A stretch of 63,502 bases of DNA, counting the filler, from Octopus bimaculoides (Eukaryota), in assembly GCF_001194135.2 (NCBI RefSeq). It is 5 parts of 5 records of this genome, joined end to end, with 100 filler letters (N's around TTAATTAATTAA, not from the genome) between each part and the next. Parts side by side here need not be neighbours in the genome. Positions count along the whole stretch, not along the records: positions 1 to 13,108 come from NC_068996.1; positions 13,209 to 38,072 come from NC_068993.1; 3 more parts are not named here. One strand, 5' to 3'. The notes beneath the pieces were generated by a model. The model searched no databases and was not told where the DNA came from. It worked only from the letters and a program-made list of their open reading frames with translations. Each line of letters begins with the position of its first letter. The stretch's first letter is position 1. The position numbers and the translations under genes were made by a program. Below are positions 11,948-24,464 of the stretch, piece after piece.

Positions 11948-12330
11948 GTTTTGCTTGTTTCAGTAATTTGACTCCGGCTATGCTGGAGCACCGCCTTTAA
12001 TCGAACAAATCGACACCAGGACTTATTCTTTGTAAGCTTAGTACTTGTTCTACTGTTCCCATTTTCCGAACCGCTAAGTTACGGGGACGTAAACACACCA
12101 ACATCGGTTGTCAAGCGATGGTAGGAGGTAGACAAACACAGACACACAAACATATACATACATTTATACGACGGGTTTCTTTCAGTTTCCGTCTACCTAA
12201 TCTACTCATAAAGTTTCGGTCGACCTGAAGCTATAGTTGAAGACACTTGCCCAAGGTGCCACGCAGTGGGATTGAACTCGGAATTATATGGTTGGGAAGT
12301 AAGCTTCTTACCACACAGCCACTCCTGCGC
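11948..12330 (-). mobile_element. SINE family A, full length
   Basis: Same motifs, ending in ..ccacacagccactcctgcgc. Confidence 0.95.
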
Positions 12331-12343
12331 TTGTATATATATA

Positions 12344-13108
12344 TCAGGTTTTGTCCAATTCTACCTTTTTTTTTTAATTGAAGGAAATTTAATTGTATTT
12401 TAGAATGTCTAATGGAATTCAAAATTATTTTTATGCATGTGTGTACATTTAAACTAATTAAATATTATTTTACAGATATAATAGAATTAAAATTTGGTTG
12501 ATTAAAATCATTTCTAACATCGAAGTATCCAAAGACCATTTAAAGCACATAATGCTTTATGAGTACAAAAAAGGAAACTCTGCAGCCGAAGTGACTCGAA
12601 ACATACACTCAGTTTATGGGAAAGAATGCTTGAATGAAAGAACTTGCAGAAGGTGGTTTGCAAAATTCTGAAATGGAGAGTTCAGGATGTCTAGTTGAGT
12701 TTGATGATAAGCTCCTTCAGGCATTACTTGAAGAAAATTCTGCATGAAGAGTTGACGAGTTGGCAATAAAGCTTAGTTCAAACCATACAACTGTTCATCG
12801 TCATCTTCAACAACTTGGAAAGGTTCCTAAACTTGGAAAATGGGTGCCTCATGAATTGTCCGAAAGCAACCGCAAATCCCGAGTTGACATCTGCTCTTCT
12901 CTCCATTCTTGTAAACTCATTTCACCCTTTTTGGATAGACTTGTGACTGGTGAGGAAAATTGGGTCGTCTATCGAAATGTTAAACGTCGTAAACAGTGGC
13001 TTGGTAAAAGGAAAAAAGCTCAACCACAACCAAGAAGGGAACTTCATGGGAAAAAGGTTCTTCTCACTATCTGGTGGGATTGCAAAGGAGTAATTCACTT
13101 TGAATTGT
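12344..13108 (+). mobile_element. Mariner (Tc1/mariner) transposon, 5' part with defective transposase, cut by a gap
   Basis: Translation from 12519: HIMLYEYKKGNSAAE..ERTCRRWFAKF*; WVPHEL at 12841-12858; VTGEENW (canonical VTGDEKW); KKVLLTIWWDCKGVIHFEL. Putative TIR start TCAGGTT after TA at 12342-12343. Confidence 0.92.
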
Positions 13109-13208
13109 NNNNNNNNNNNNNNNNNNNNNNNNNNNNNNNNNNNNNNNNNNNNTTAATTAATTAANNNNNNNNNNNNNNNNNNNNNNNNNNNNNNNNNNNN
13201 NNNNNNNN
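13109..13208. other. Assembly gap marker N44-TTAATTAATTAA-N44
   Basis: Exactly 100 bp; identical structure at 38073-38172, 42931-43030 and 61071-61170. Confidence 0.95.
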
Positions 13209-13542
13209 GTAGTGATGGTGGTGGCGGTGAGAGCGGCTGCGACAAATGTTGGCGTTGGCGTAAGTAAAGCTGGAAGTAATGGAGGTTACGACTGTGATGG
13301 TTCAAATGGGATTTACGGAATGCTGAAGAAAGCTGTGCAGTGTAGCTGTCGTTTTTGTGGAGTCGTGTTGCTAATCATAATTCTGATAGAGGAAGCAGAG
13401 CTTGAGCGGGGTAGGATTGTGATATTCGTCGTGTTATAGCGGTGGTTGTAGAGGTGACCTGTAGAATTGGTTAAGGTGGTTGATAAAAATTGATCTCAAA
13501 TTTTGGTACAAATCAGTAAGTTCGGGTGAATACTCATCCAGT

Positions 13543-13708
13543 GGAAACGCATGGCTTAGCGGTTCAGCTGTTGGACTCATGATCGTAAGATTGTGGTTTC
13601 GCTTCCGGACCGAATAACGCGTTGTGTTCTTCAGCAAAAACACTTTATACGACATGAAACCTGGAAACCGGTCGTTATGGATCGGTATGACTTGAGAAGG
13701 TAACTTTA
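13543..13708 (+). mobile_element. SINE working family B, internally deleted
   Basis: gcatggcttagcggtt..ttggactcatgatcgtaagattgtggtttcg..gttgtgttctt.agcaaaa..gaaaccgg..gagaaggtaacttta; compare 47727-47975. Confidence 0.8.
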
Positions 13709-13727
13709 ATTAAAAGGTAACTTAGTA

Positions 13728-13980
13728 CTCAACTGGTATTTATTTCATCGACCCAGAAAGGATGAGCGGCAAAGTCGACATCGATGGAATTTGAACTCAG
13801 AACGTAAAGACTGACGAAGAGGTAGTAGCAATATTGATGGGAATTTCCTGGGGGTGAGATGACTGAATCGTTAGCACGCCAGATAAAATGCTTATCGGCA
13901 TTTTGTCCGTCTTTACATCCTGAGTTCAGATGCCTTCGGGGCTTACTTTACCTTTCATTCTTTCGGAGTCGATGCAACAA
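13728..13980. mobile_element. Two SINE family C fragments (13728-13818 minus, about 13862-13980 plus)
   Basis: atcgaccc.gaaaggatg..aaagtcgac..gaatttgaactcagaacg on plus (RC of family C), then gaatcgttagcacgcc..ctgagttca. Confidence 0.75.
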
Positions 13981-14985
13981 AGACAGTGGAGAAGTCAGTG
14001 TTTCGGTGGTGCGTATATGAATTGAGCTGCTGCTACTGCAGGTGTTGATTCTGAGAACATTTGCACCAAGGCAAACTACATATTTGATAACTTTATCACT
14101 GATTGTACCTCACTATTACATTAAGATTACATGTATTTATTGAGGACACGGTATTTTATGCGCTAAGTCAATGAGCAAGCACTTCAGTTCATCGAAAAAC
14201 TGGAATGCTCATCAGCGAAAACGTCTGAATATAATTCTACAAAAAGATCTATTAGGAATGAGAGATGTGTATCTAGTTCTGTCAAACTGGAAAGGAAAAA
14301 AGAGAGACATTGATATAATAAAATAAACGGATAAATATCGTGTTACAGAAGCATATAGAATATAGAAATGTGAGTGTGTGAGTGTGATCATATATGTGTA
14401 TGTGTATGTGTATGTACACGTACTCATTTCGTGTGAATATCTTCTATCATATATATAATGCGTGCATGCATGCATTACATTTCCTACATATATTACTTGC
14501 ATACATACATACATACAAACATGCATGCATACATACATACACAAATACATACATATGGTTTAAATTTGCTGGAGGAACGATAAATTCAAGGAAGCTATAT
14601 GGATAGCAAAAAATCTAGAATAATGAAACAGAAAGCATACTGAACAAAAGAAAAACAAAACAATATCAAATTAATGGCACAGTCTTATGAAAAAAACCCA
14701 AAGAATATGACACAACAGAAAATCCCTACGCCCAGATCTGATAACAGGATATTGTTTCATGAATCTCACCTCTTATCGCCGAGGATTGATAATGCAATAT
14801 GGAAAGTGCATCAGAAATAACAATGGTGACTTAGGCAGGGCGAAATGTTTGCCAACCAAAATTTCTATTCGTATTCCTAAACATAACTAAAGCGATCGGC
14901 TTTAAAATAAAGCTCAAAAGTTAGCTGTAGAAACATAGGTTCAAAAATTAACAGAAGAGTCTGTTACATTCTTCTGTATTTTTAA

Positions 14986-15150
14986 TTTTAGGACAAGGCC
15001 AGCAGTTTGGTGGTAATTATTTCATCGACCGCGAAAGGATGATAAGCAGAGTCGACCCTGGTGACATTTGAACTCAGAACGGAGACATGTGTGAAATGCT
15101 TGCTAAGCATTTTATCCAGCGCAGTAACGGTTCTGACAGCTCATCGCCTT
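14986..15150 (-). mobile_element. SINE family C
   Basis: catcgaccgcgaaaggatga..gagtcgacc..atttgaactcagaacgg..gctaagcattt..cagctcatcgcctt. Confidence 0.85.
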
Positions 15151-15732
15151 CTGCCCTACTACCAGAACATTGTGAATACAATGTCGGTTGGGGGTTGCAC
15201 AAATTATTTTATAGAACTATTGGGAAACCAGTAATATCATAACATCTGTAAGGCAGCGAGCTTTCTGTTTTATGGTCAATGCGACGATCACACGCTACAT
15301 ACCTCCCTTCCAAGTACTGCTGTAAACAGCGGAAGTGAGCTAGAACGTTAAAACTTAGTGCGCAAAGATCAAGGTCAGTTTGTACCAAGCAACTCTACTC
15401 TGAGTGTTTTAGCTTCGTTACTATGGCAACGGTCTGCATACTTATTGATCAAACCTTGTAGGTATATGTACATATATAAACACATATACTTATGTAAGTA
15501 CAGGAGACCTTTTTATATACAGAAGCAAACACACCTGTTTTTATGTGCGTATGTGCCTTTGTATGTGTGTGTGTATGTGTGTGTGTGTGTGTGTGTGAAC
15601 GAGTGTGTGTTAGTGTGTGTACTCCAAAAATCCTATGTACAACATTTGGTATTATCTGCTTTCATGTTAAATAAAGAACAACATACGTAACAGACTGACA
15701 GTATACCAGCGGCTACTTATTGTGACGCATAG

Positions 15733-15797
<65 letters not shown>

Positions 15798-16099
15798 GAA
15801 AGAGACAGGGAGGTTGGAGAAGATAAGACAGATATATAAAGACAAAAAGTGCAAGAAAGTGTGTACAAGAAAAAATGGAAAGAAAGATAATATGGAAAGA
15901 AATTGGTGAGACGATTCTTAAATCAATAAGACATAATTTTTTTTACATAAATACCAATAAAACATTATCACTATATTACTCACTTCTTCTTCATGTCTTT
16001 CTCACTGTTCTTATATATCTGTGTATATATGTGTGTGTGTGTCTGTGTGTACATGTGCGCTCGCATCTGTGTCTGTATCAATGTATGTATATATATGAA

Positions 16100-16150
<51 letters not shown>

Positions 16151-16634
16151 TTTATTTAAACGTATGCATATGTATTTATATATGTGTATGTATGCTTGCG
16201 TTATATTATGTATATGTGTGTGGATTTGTGTGTGATTGTTTGTGTGTATGTGTGTGTGTAAGTGCGTGTCTCAGTGGTCTATATATGTATTTGCATAATA
16301 AGATTATCGTGATGTATTTTCAATAAAATGAAAAAGAACAACCGAAATCTGATAATATTTTAGTTGTAAGTAAACGCCTATGTAACATTCCTTATATCTA
16401 CAGAATTTCCAGCATATTCTTCTCATATGGAATATGTCTCTATTTGTCGTTAACTCTATCAAGTCTCGCTATTAAATCATCAGTACACTATTGGTGTCTA
16501 TAAAAAAAAAATCTGTCTTTGACAGAGGCGTCTTAGATCGAGTATACTACTTACTCGAAATTCTACGCTACAAGAAGAATATTCATAAGTATGTTCGCTA
16601 ACAGTACAAAGTGCGCGTTGTTCTGTGGACGAAG

Positions 16635-16870
16635 GTGAGTTCAGTGGAAGCGGATACATTTCAAACTACGCGTGCCTAATTTTGGCAGAGAGTGGCAGTG
16701 ATATTTTATGCATCCGGTAGCTTTGGCGAAGGAAACGTAGTGGTCGAGATCCAATGGATGGAAGCCAGACATTTTATTATTTGGTCAAGCCCTCATCAAC
16801 TTCTTCAAGGTTCACTTAAAAAGAAAAAAATGAAGTGCAGAGGAAAGTGTTGCCTCCCAGAAAATACACT
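16635..16870 (+). pseudogene. Highly decayed mariner transposase fragment
   Basis: VEADTFQTTR (compare mariner VEADPSQTTRELA) and downstream KKMK..GK..LPE resembling the region around WVPHEL; a related micro-fragment DELKTVVEADTYQTTPELAA lies at about 19117-19176. Confidence 0.5.
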
Positions 16871-17329
16871 GAAAGGTTAATGAGAATTCTAAACATGGTC
16901 CAAGTGAGCGGGTCAGCTCTGAGCATACGCCTGTAGATTAGGGGATCAAAGATGAGAAAATGCACTTGCTGTTATTGGGTAGAGTGAATATGGCTTTTTG
17001 GAGGGTTTTGACAAGTAGTTCTCGGAGATCTCCCCACCCTTGCAGAATTTTCTCGTAGATTGTATATTTCTATAATTTATTTTGTTTTATTATTTCTGTT
17101 ATTTTCCTTGTTTTTCCCCGTTATTTTTACAGTGTTATTCCACCCTGTATCGCTGTACAGTTTTCGATCCTTTTCTTACTCCCTGACAGATAAAAGTCTG
17201 ACTGCCGTTCTCGAAGTTACATAATTCTTATGCTCTCAACAACAACACATACACACACACACACATACAGATACAAACCGCTATGTATATACAAATGTTC
17301 TTATACAAGTATATATACACATATAAATA

Positions 17330-18790
17330 CCAGTCTTTCTGCAAAACTCTTACCGTGGCCTGTGATTAACGGAAGCAGTAAATTGCAGCAACTTGCTTTA
17401 GTTTTTCTCTTCGAGATATTGATGCAATCCCAGAATAGATAATTTACTATAATAGTCTAGTTGCCAAATGCCCATAATCCATTGTATTAATGGTTAATAT
17501 AATGCTTCTGTGTTGGTGTATTTCAAAAACAGTCATTATTTCTCTTGTTTCCCACTCTCATCTTGTTACTTCATTTTGCTTCCCATTGAGAATATTACAA
17601 CTATAACATTGAACTGAAACGGTTAGAATATTTATGCGACTACATTAGCTTTTGTATTGAGATCTACTTTAACTATTAATCGAATGCCGCCTTAATATTT
17701 TTTTCCCGAAACACTGTTTTTCAGGTGTTATTTCTGCCTAATTTATTGATATCTAAGTATTTGTAGTAATGCTTTTGATTTAAATCTCTCATTTTCCTTA
17801 TCTTCATTTCGTGTATTAGTGTTCGTAATTAATTTTTCCTCTCTTCGAGGTTTCCTTCGCTCATTTTATTTTTAAAATCTGAATCTCATATAATTACTTC
17901 AGCAAACGTGTTTACTGTCAGAAAAGGTGGTTTTAGTTTGTCATTTACATATAAGCACATTCAGAAAGCTATGAAGAAAACTGTTTATTCTCTTCCCATA
18001 GCATTCGTATACTTTTCCAGGATAGCTTAATTCGTTGGTTAAAGGTGTTAATGTAGCACATAAAAACATTGTATTCAAGGAGTCTCCTTGGTATATTCCT
18101 GTTCTGATTGAAATAATATCAGTTTTCATAATTCCCTCATTTGTTTGTTTCTTGAGAATAGTTTCCTACATATTCATCACAACTTGTTTAATGCACCGGC
18201 TTATTATTGGCGCTACATTGCGCATAACTAATATTTCCAAAATCCGTGGGTGGTAAAATACTTGTAAATCTCTTGCTAGTCGATCGATGATTCCTTTCTT
18301 CTCCTACAGGTTTCCTTTATGGCTTTGTTGAGCGTTAATCGATCTTTACAGCCATATGAGCCTTTGCAGCGTCCATTCTGTTATCCTGGAAATTAGGTTT
18401 CTTTTTCGTCAGTAAGTATTTATCTTCTGCAATATTATTGCGTTTTTATTACAAGCTGTAGGCAAGCAGGTTATGGGTCAGTAGATTTTGCGGTTAACTG
18501 TTTGGCATGGTTTTGGGAATTAAGAACGTTTTCTTTCAGTGAAGCATTGATGTTCTGTCCGTCTTTTGAAGTATCTTATTAACTCTATTTTACCTGCCCT
18601 GTTAGAGATTTCGATTTAGGATTTTATTATTTCCGGTTACCTTCGATTTGATCATTGTTTTGTAACGTCTGGGCTTCATTTCGACTTGACACAGTGTAGC
18701 ATGATTGTTCAAGTGCTGCGTGTGTTGTTTTGAACAATAGGATCCAAGGTCATTTCGAGGTATAAGACCCAGGAGTGGATGATGGGCGAA
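17330..18790 (-). pseudogene. Decayed R4/Dong-clade reverse transcriptase
   Basis: Minus-strand pieces: LIPK..PITCLPT / QNGRCKGSYGCKDRLTLNKAIKETCRRR / ISIRTGIYQGDSL / LYVND.KL (YMDD motif) / YKYL / LNTK..AxNILTV..YS.NILNW / KTREIMT. Many frameshifts. Confidence 0.85.
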
Positions 18791-19212
18791 GTAGAAGCAG
18801 CTATTTATATATATGTGGGTTGGTTACTCTCATTGTTTTGTTATTTGTTTTCAATATATTTATTTATAATTCTATACATATACACACTGCGCACGAAGAC
18901 ACCCACACGCATTCATGTTTATTGTATATATTCACTGTACCAATCATTTAAAATGTCTATATATTGTATAATCTCTTTGATCCCGCCCCCGTATGTGTAT
19001 AAATCTATTCGCATTCCCCCCACCCTGCACACCTTATGACCCTTTTTGTAACTTACCTCATATATGTATTATTATGCCTATATGGAAAATAAATGGAACA
19101 ACAATAACAAGAAGAATGATGAGCTCAAAACTGTAGTGGAAGCGGATACATACCAAACTACGCCTGAGTTAGCAGCAACAACAACGACTTCGAAAATGAT
19201 GATGATGATGAT

Positions 19213-19605
19213 GAGGCAATATAAGGCTCTGGCTCTCATGGTTTCTGATCTTTAGAGATTGTAAGTGTTGTTATGCACTTGTTTTACTATCTTGATGTAA
19301 AAGATGAGGTACAGCAAATATTCGACTCAAGAGCATAGATTTCCTTGTCGCTTTGTTTCACCTTAATCAGTTGAGCATGTCCCTTAGTGGCTGTTGAGAT
19401 GCGCGTCCTTTTTTCACGAGCAGAAGTAGTGGGGTGGGGATCACAGCCATGTGTCGAGAGGAATTCTTTGGGGTGTGAATAACTCACCTCTGGTAACATG
19501 GGTGTTTCGCTCATCATCCTTAAACAACCCTTATTCAGGGACATTTTGAACGGAATGCGCTCCTCAACCTGATGAAAATTATAACTGGGCCCCATCTGCA
19601 AGGTC
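19213..19605 (+). mobile_element. Partial (5' ~390 bp) copy of the (AAT)n-associated element
   Basis: Aligns to about 8018-8405 (tggctctcatggtttctgatctt..gagcagaagtagtggg..catccttaaacaac..aactgggccccatct); preceded by (GAT)n. Confidence 0.85.
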
Positions 19606-19637
19606 TCTTCAAATCTCGGGAATGGTTTATAGGATAA

Positions 19638-19750
19638 GGGCAAATTGCGTAGTGGTTAAGAACGCGGGTTATGAACCTCAAGATTCCGAGTTCGATTCCA
19701 GGCAACTCGATGCCAGGTAACTCGAGGTTGTGTGTTGGACGAAGTTGTAA
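19638..19750 (+). mobile_element. tRNA-like SINE head fragment
   Basis: A-box-like tgcgtagtggttaag and B-box-like gagttcgattcc; no complete cloverleaf or 3' end. Confidence 0.5.
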
Positions 19751-19837
19751 GTATTTACGAAATACACCTTCTTCCAACAATTCCTCATCCACTTCCTGAA
19801 GTTTAATTTGGAAAGAAAAATGAAAGTGGAGAAGCGT

Positions 19838-19995
19838 AACAGCCGATGCTGGAGTGTTTACGTCCCCGTAATCTAGCAGTTCGGCAAAAAAGACCGATAG
19901 AATAAGTACTAGGGTCAATTTGCTCGACTAAAGGCGGTGCTCCACCATGGCCGCAGTGAAAATGACTGAAACAAGTAGAATAGAAAAATAAAAGA
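19838..19995 (+). mobile_element. SINE family A tail
   Basis: gtgtttacgtccccgtaa..gttcggcaaaa..gaccgatagaataagtactagg..aaggcggtgctcca.catggccgcag..aatgactgaaacaag. Confidence 0.9.
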
Positions 19996-20127
19996 TTATA
20001 TATATTTATANNNNNNNNNNNNNNNNNNNNNNNNNNNNNNNNNNNNNNNNNNNNNNNNNNNNNNNNNNNNNNNNNNNNNNNNNNNNNNNNNNNNNNNNNN
20101 NNNNNNNNNTATATATATATACACATC

Positions 20128-20161
<34 letters not shown>

Positions 20162-21059
20162 CATACACATATACACACACACATGCACATATATATATAT
20201 GCATACGTACATACATATATATGGGTATATGTGTATATATACAGACACAGACTTAAATAAATATATTTGTAAGCATATGTACATATATATATGTGTATAG
20301 ATATCTGAGTCTATATATATATAGAGAGAGAGAGAGAGATTTACGCTGCTCACACACAAAATGACAATCACACACACGCACGCACACATACATATACATG
20401 CGTATATGTATATATATATATATATTTACATAAATGTGTAAGCACATATATCTACGTACACTTACATACCACGAAACAAACACCTGCTCATCGTGCATCT
20501 CTGAGAACATAATATTTATAGGAATATAATGCCGGATGAACATCTGTGTGAGACTGGGCGTATGTGTTGATTAAATAAAAGCACAGTAATAAGTTTCGTG
20601 TGAAAAACATTACATGAAATTATCCCATTTACTTTCATTCACTTTTAACTCAAAATTTCTCCTTCCAGTTTTATTCATACAGCTACTCATACAGCGAAAG
20701 ACATGCGTATGGAAACGCATATATACAGACACAAATAGACGCAGATGTGGTTATACTTATTCATAAACAGGCGACCGTCCGTATACGCATGTATATGGCA
20801 ATCTCACGATGCTTCTTTACAACTCGAGAGCAAGTTGAATATATTTTAATGTCACCTACTATGGCTTTCTCCATTTTCTTCTGTCGGTCTCATCAGTAAT
20901 CATTGTCTCGCTTTCGTCTTCTGTGTATATAAAGATATATGAATCTTCGCATGTACTTTTACATGTATGTATGTATGTATGTATGTATGTATGTATGTAT
21001 GCATGCATGCATGTATGTACGTTTCTATATCTTTATATTTATTTATTTCTGTGTGTCTC

Positions 21060-21102
<43 letters not shown>

Positions 21103-21314
21103 ATTTACTCTTTTACTTGTTTCAGTCATTCGACTGCGGCCATGCTAGAGCACCGCATTTAGTCCAGTAAAGCGACCCCATGACTTATTCTTTGTAAGCT
21201 TAGTACTTATTCTATCGGGCTACGTTGCTGAACTGCTAAGTTACGGGGACGTATACACACCAGTATCAGTTGTCAAGCTATGTTGGGGGACACACACAAA
21301 CATATACGCACACA

Positions 21315-21320
<6 letters not shown>
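21103..21320 (-). mobile_element. SINE family A tail running into (TA)n and a gap
   Basis: RC of the family A tail. Confidence 0.9.
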
Positions 21321-21350
<30 letters not shown>

Positions 21351-21873
21351 NNNNNNNNNNNNNNNNNNNNNNNNNNNNNNNNNNNNNNNNNNNNNNNNNN
21401 NNNNNNNNNNNNNNNNNNNNNNNNNNNNNNNNNNNNNNNNNNNNNNNNNNNNNNNNNNNNNNNNNNNNNNNNNNNNNNNNNNNNNNNNNNNNNNNNNNNN
21501 NNNNNNNNNNNNNNNNNNNNNNNNNNNNNNNNNNNNNNNNNNNNNNNNNNNNNNNNNNNNNNNNNNNNNNNNNNNNNNNNNNNNNNNNNNNNNNNNNNNN
21601 NNNNNNNNNNNNNNNNNNNNNNNNNNNNNNNNNNNNNNNNNNNNNNNNNNNNNNNNNNNNNNNNNNNNNNNNNNNNNNNNNNNNNNNNNNNNNNNNNNNN
21701 NNNNNNNNNNNNNNNNNNNNNNNNNNNNNNNNNNNNNNNNNNNNNNNNNNNNNNNNNNNNNNNNNNNNNNNNNNNNNNNNNNNNNNNNNNNNNNNNNNNN
21801 NNNNNNNNNNNNNNNNNNNNNNNNNNNNNNNNNNNNNNNNNNNNNNNNNNNNNNNNNNNNNNNATATATATAC

Positions 21874-21911
<38 letters not shown>

Positions 21912-21912
<1 letters not shown>

Positions 21913-22055
21913 AATGTAGCGAAAACACAATGGAGGACATTAAGACATTCGAACAGATTGACGATACAAAGGCGGACAAGAGAAACAATTAGAGGGACAG
22001 GCTTTCTTTCCTCAGTCAAGTACCAGAAGTCACCACCATTTCGGGCAGTTACACA
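21912..22055. repeat. Interspersed repeat shared with 46715-46895, possibly a Penelope-like terminal repeat
   Basis: aaaacacaat.gaggacattaa.acattcg.acagat..gatacaaagg..gacaagagaaacaattaga.ggacagg..cagtcaagtaccagaagt..accatttcgg.cagttacac present in both; both start at (TA)n. Confidence 0.75.
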
Positions 22056-24105
22056 TGGATGTGTGTGTATGTATGTATATATATTCTATTGTCTCTTTTG
22101 ATGTTCAGTTATAATAAAAACAATTTTATATTAATCTGAGAGGTTACTCTATACTTTCTTGTAATACATATTTTACTTTCTAGCCTTAAAAATATCAGAC
22201 TAAATAAATTCTGTAGCTTTTTACATAGATTGCCATTTTATGGTCAGGTCCGTAGTAGGACGAAGCAATTTAAAATATTTACTGAACATGTGTTCAAATT
22301 CCACGGAGATCGCGTTTGCTTTTATCGTTTCAGGGTAAAAATATTTTTCATGTTTCGACTAGTTAGACCATTGTCGGACTCTCACGATAGATCAGCTGGT
22401 CGAAACTTCGAAGTTACTTTCAACAATTTTCTTGTTTAATACATATGCTGTAGTTGAATGATAGATGTGAACATGATATTCTGGGGATCTGAAGAGCTTG
22501 CTTTCTACAGCTATATTAGCTAATAGAATGAACAATACTACTATATAATTCAGAACATGTACGATAGCTCAGACATATAAAATAATTTCTAATTGACTCC
22601 AAAACGATCGCAATCCTATGTATATCAGCTGGTGAAATAAATATATTCATCGCATTCCTCCAGAAATCATTTATATTCTATATACTCCTAATGAAATAAT
22701 CATTACTAATTGGATTAGCTGGATTTCAAGTGAATAAGACTATACTACACCATTAGTTATTGGTTTCTAATGTGGTTTCTTGCTTGGTCCAATAACAGGA
22801 CTATCTTATGAGTACAACCGGCTTAGATAAATCTATAGATTGTGCACTAAGATATATATATATATATANNNNNNNNNNNNNNNNNNNNNNNNNNNNNNNN
22901 NNNNNNNNNNNNNNNNNNNNNNNNNNNNNNNNNNNNNNNNNNNNNNNNNNNNNNNNNNNNNNNNNNNNNNNNNNNNNNNNNNNNNNNNNNNNNNNNNNNN
23001 NNNNNNNNNNNNNNNNNNNNNNNNNNNNNNNNNNNNNNNNNNNNNNNNNNNNNNNNNNNNNNNNNNNNNNNNNNNNNNNNNNNNNNNNNNNNNNNNNNNN
23101 NNNNNNNNNNNNNNNNNNNNNNNNNNNNNNNNNNNNNNNNNNNNNNNNNNNNNNNNTATCAAGTATGCGTGTGTAAATGTGTTTGTACCGAAGTATGTAT
23201 CTACGTGTCTGCATTGATGTATGTCTACGCCATTGTGGTTGTGCTCGATGCGACACCCCCGGCTAAGACATGTAACCGAACCACTCGTATCCACTCGACA
23301 GAATATGCATCCATAAAATGAGTATCAGTTTGCATTATGCATTTCATTCTATATCATCGATTGAAACCCCTTCAAAGTGATATCCTAGAATAGTAACAAA
23401 CGCATGCACACACATATACACACCCACTCACAAATATATATATATATATGAATACATATGTAATGTAGGTATATAGAGGTGATGTAACTATGCTTCCGAT
23501 GGAGTGGACTAGATTTTCTATCACGTGTGTCTCAGGCTCTTAGTCGCTTTTTCTCTCTCTTTCTCTCCCTCAGTATCCCTCTCTCTCTCTCTCTGTCTCT
23601 CTGTCTCTCTGTCTGTCTCTCTCTCTCTCGCTCCCTCACTCTTCTCCTTACTTTCTGCAACTACTCCGAAGGAGAATTAGAGCTTTATCTGAAGCATAAG
23701 TGCAAGGTATGTTTACTACTAGCACTTCTCATTAACTCAACATTCTAAAGCTGATTACCTATTTAGAGACACAATAGTCTACCTAAACTCCTATGACACA
23801 CATATGCGTGTGTGTGTGTGTGTGTGTGCGCGCGCGCGCGTTTGTGCATCCGTGTCTATGAATGTGTGAGCGCGTGTGCGTGCGTATGTGTGTACATGGA
23901 CCGAAAAGACAAAACTAGTCATGAATTAATAATAAAAAGACCAAAATTAATGTGGAAAGAGATAAACCATTCCTCAGAAATGTCTACGGAGAGACCAGGA
24001 AAATATTACTAACCACACGTAATAATCACGCGATGGTAAAATAGATAAAGTGGACTCAACTAAAATATAAGATAAGACCCTTCATCTGATTTTAAGTAAA
24101 TATTG

Positions 24106-24350
24106 TTTTCAAATTTTTGCACAAGGCCGGCAAACATGAGGGGCGGGGAGTGGATTGCATCAACTCCAGTGTTCAACTGATGTTTCTGTTATCTCCCCGA
24201 AAACGATGAAAGGCCGTGTCTTGAATTTGAACTCAAGTTATGAAAATGGTTTCAAATTTTGGCACAAGGCCAGCAAATTTCAGGTAGAGGGAAGTTGATT
24301 TCATCATCCGCAGTGCCCAAGTGGTATTTATTTTATCTACTCTGAAAGGT
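24106..24350 (-). mobile_element. Two tandem SINE family C 3' fragments
   Basis: tcaaattt.tgcacaaggcc occurs twice (about 24109 and 24252), each followed by diverged family C tail RC. Confidence 0.7.
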
Positions 24351-24464
24351 GAGCTCAGGGGAATCTGAGCTCATGTTAAGTAAATATTCCAAGTTGTTTC
24401 GAACTCCTACGGACGTAACCACAAAATAGTAATCTATGTAATAGACATAGTTAATAGACATAGT

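Noticed and set aside
16643-19166. 32-bp direct repeat (29 of 32 identical) at 16643-16674 and 19135-19166 flanking the R4 RT fossil, a possible TSD or LTR
   Set aside because: Both copies translate as the mariner VEADxxQTT motif, so they are better explained as independent mariner micro-fragments.
19638-19720. Possible tRNA gene; likewise the tRNA-like heads at 46271, 47727, 50316, 59697 and 63101
   Set aside because: A/B boxes are present but there is no complete cloverleaf or terminator, and the sequence continues into SINE bodies.
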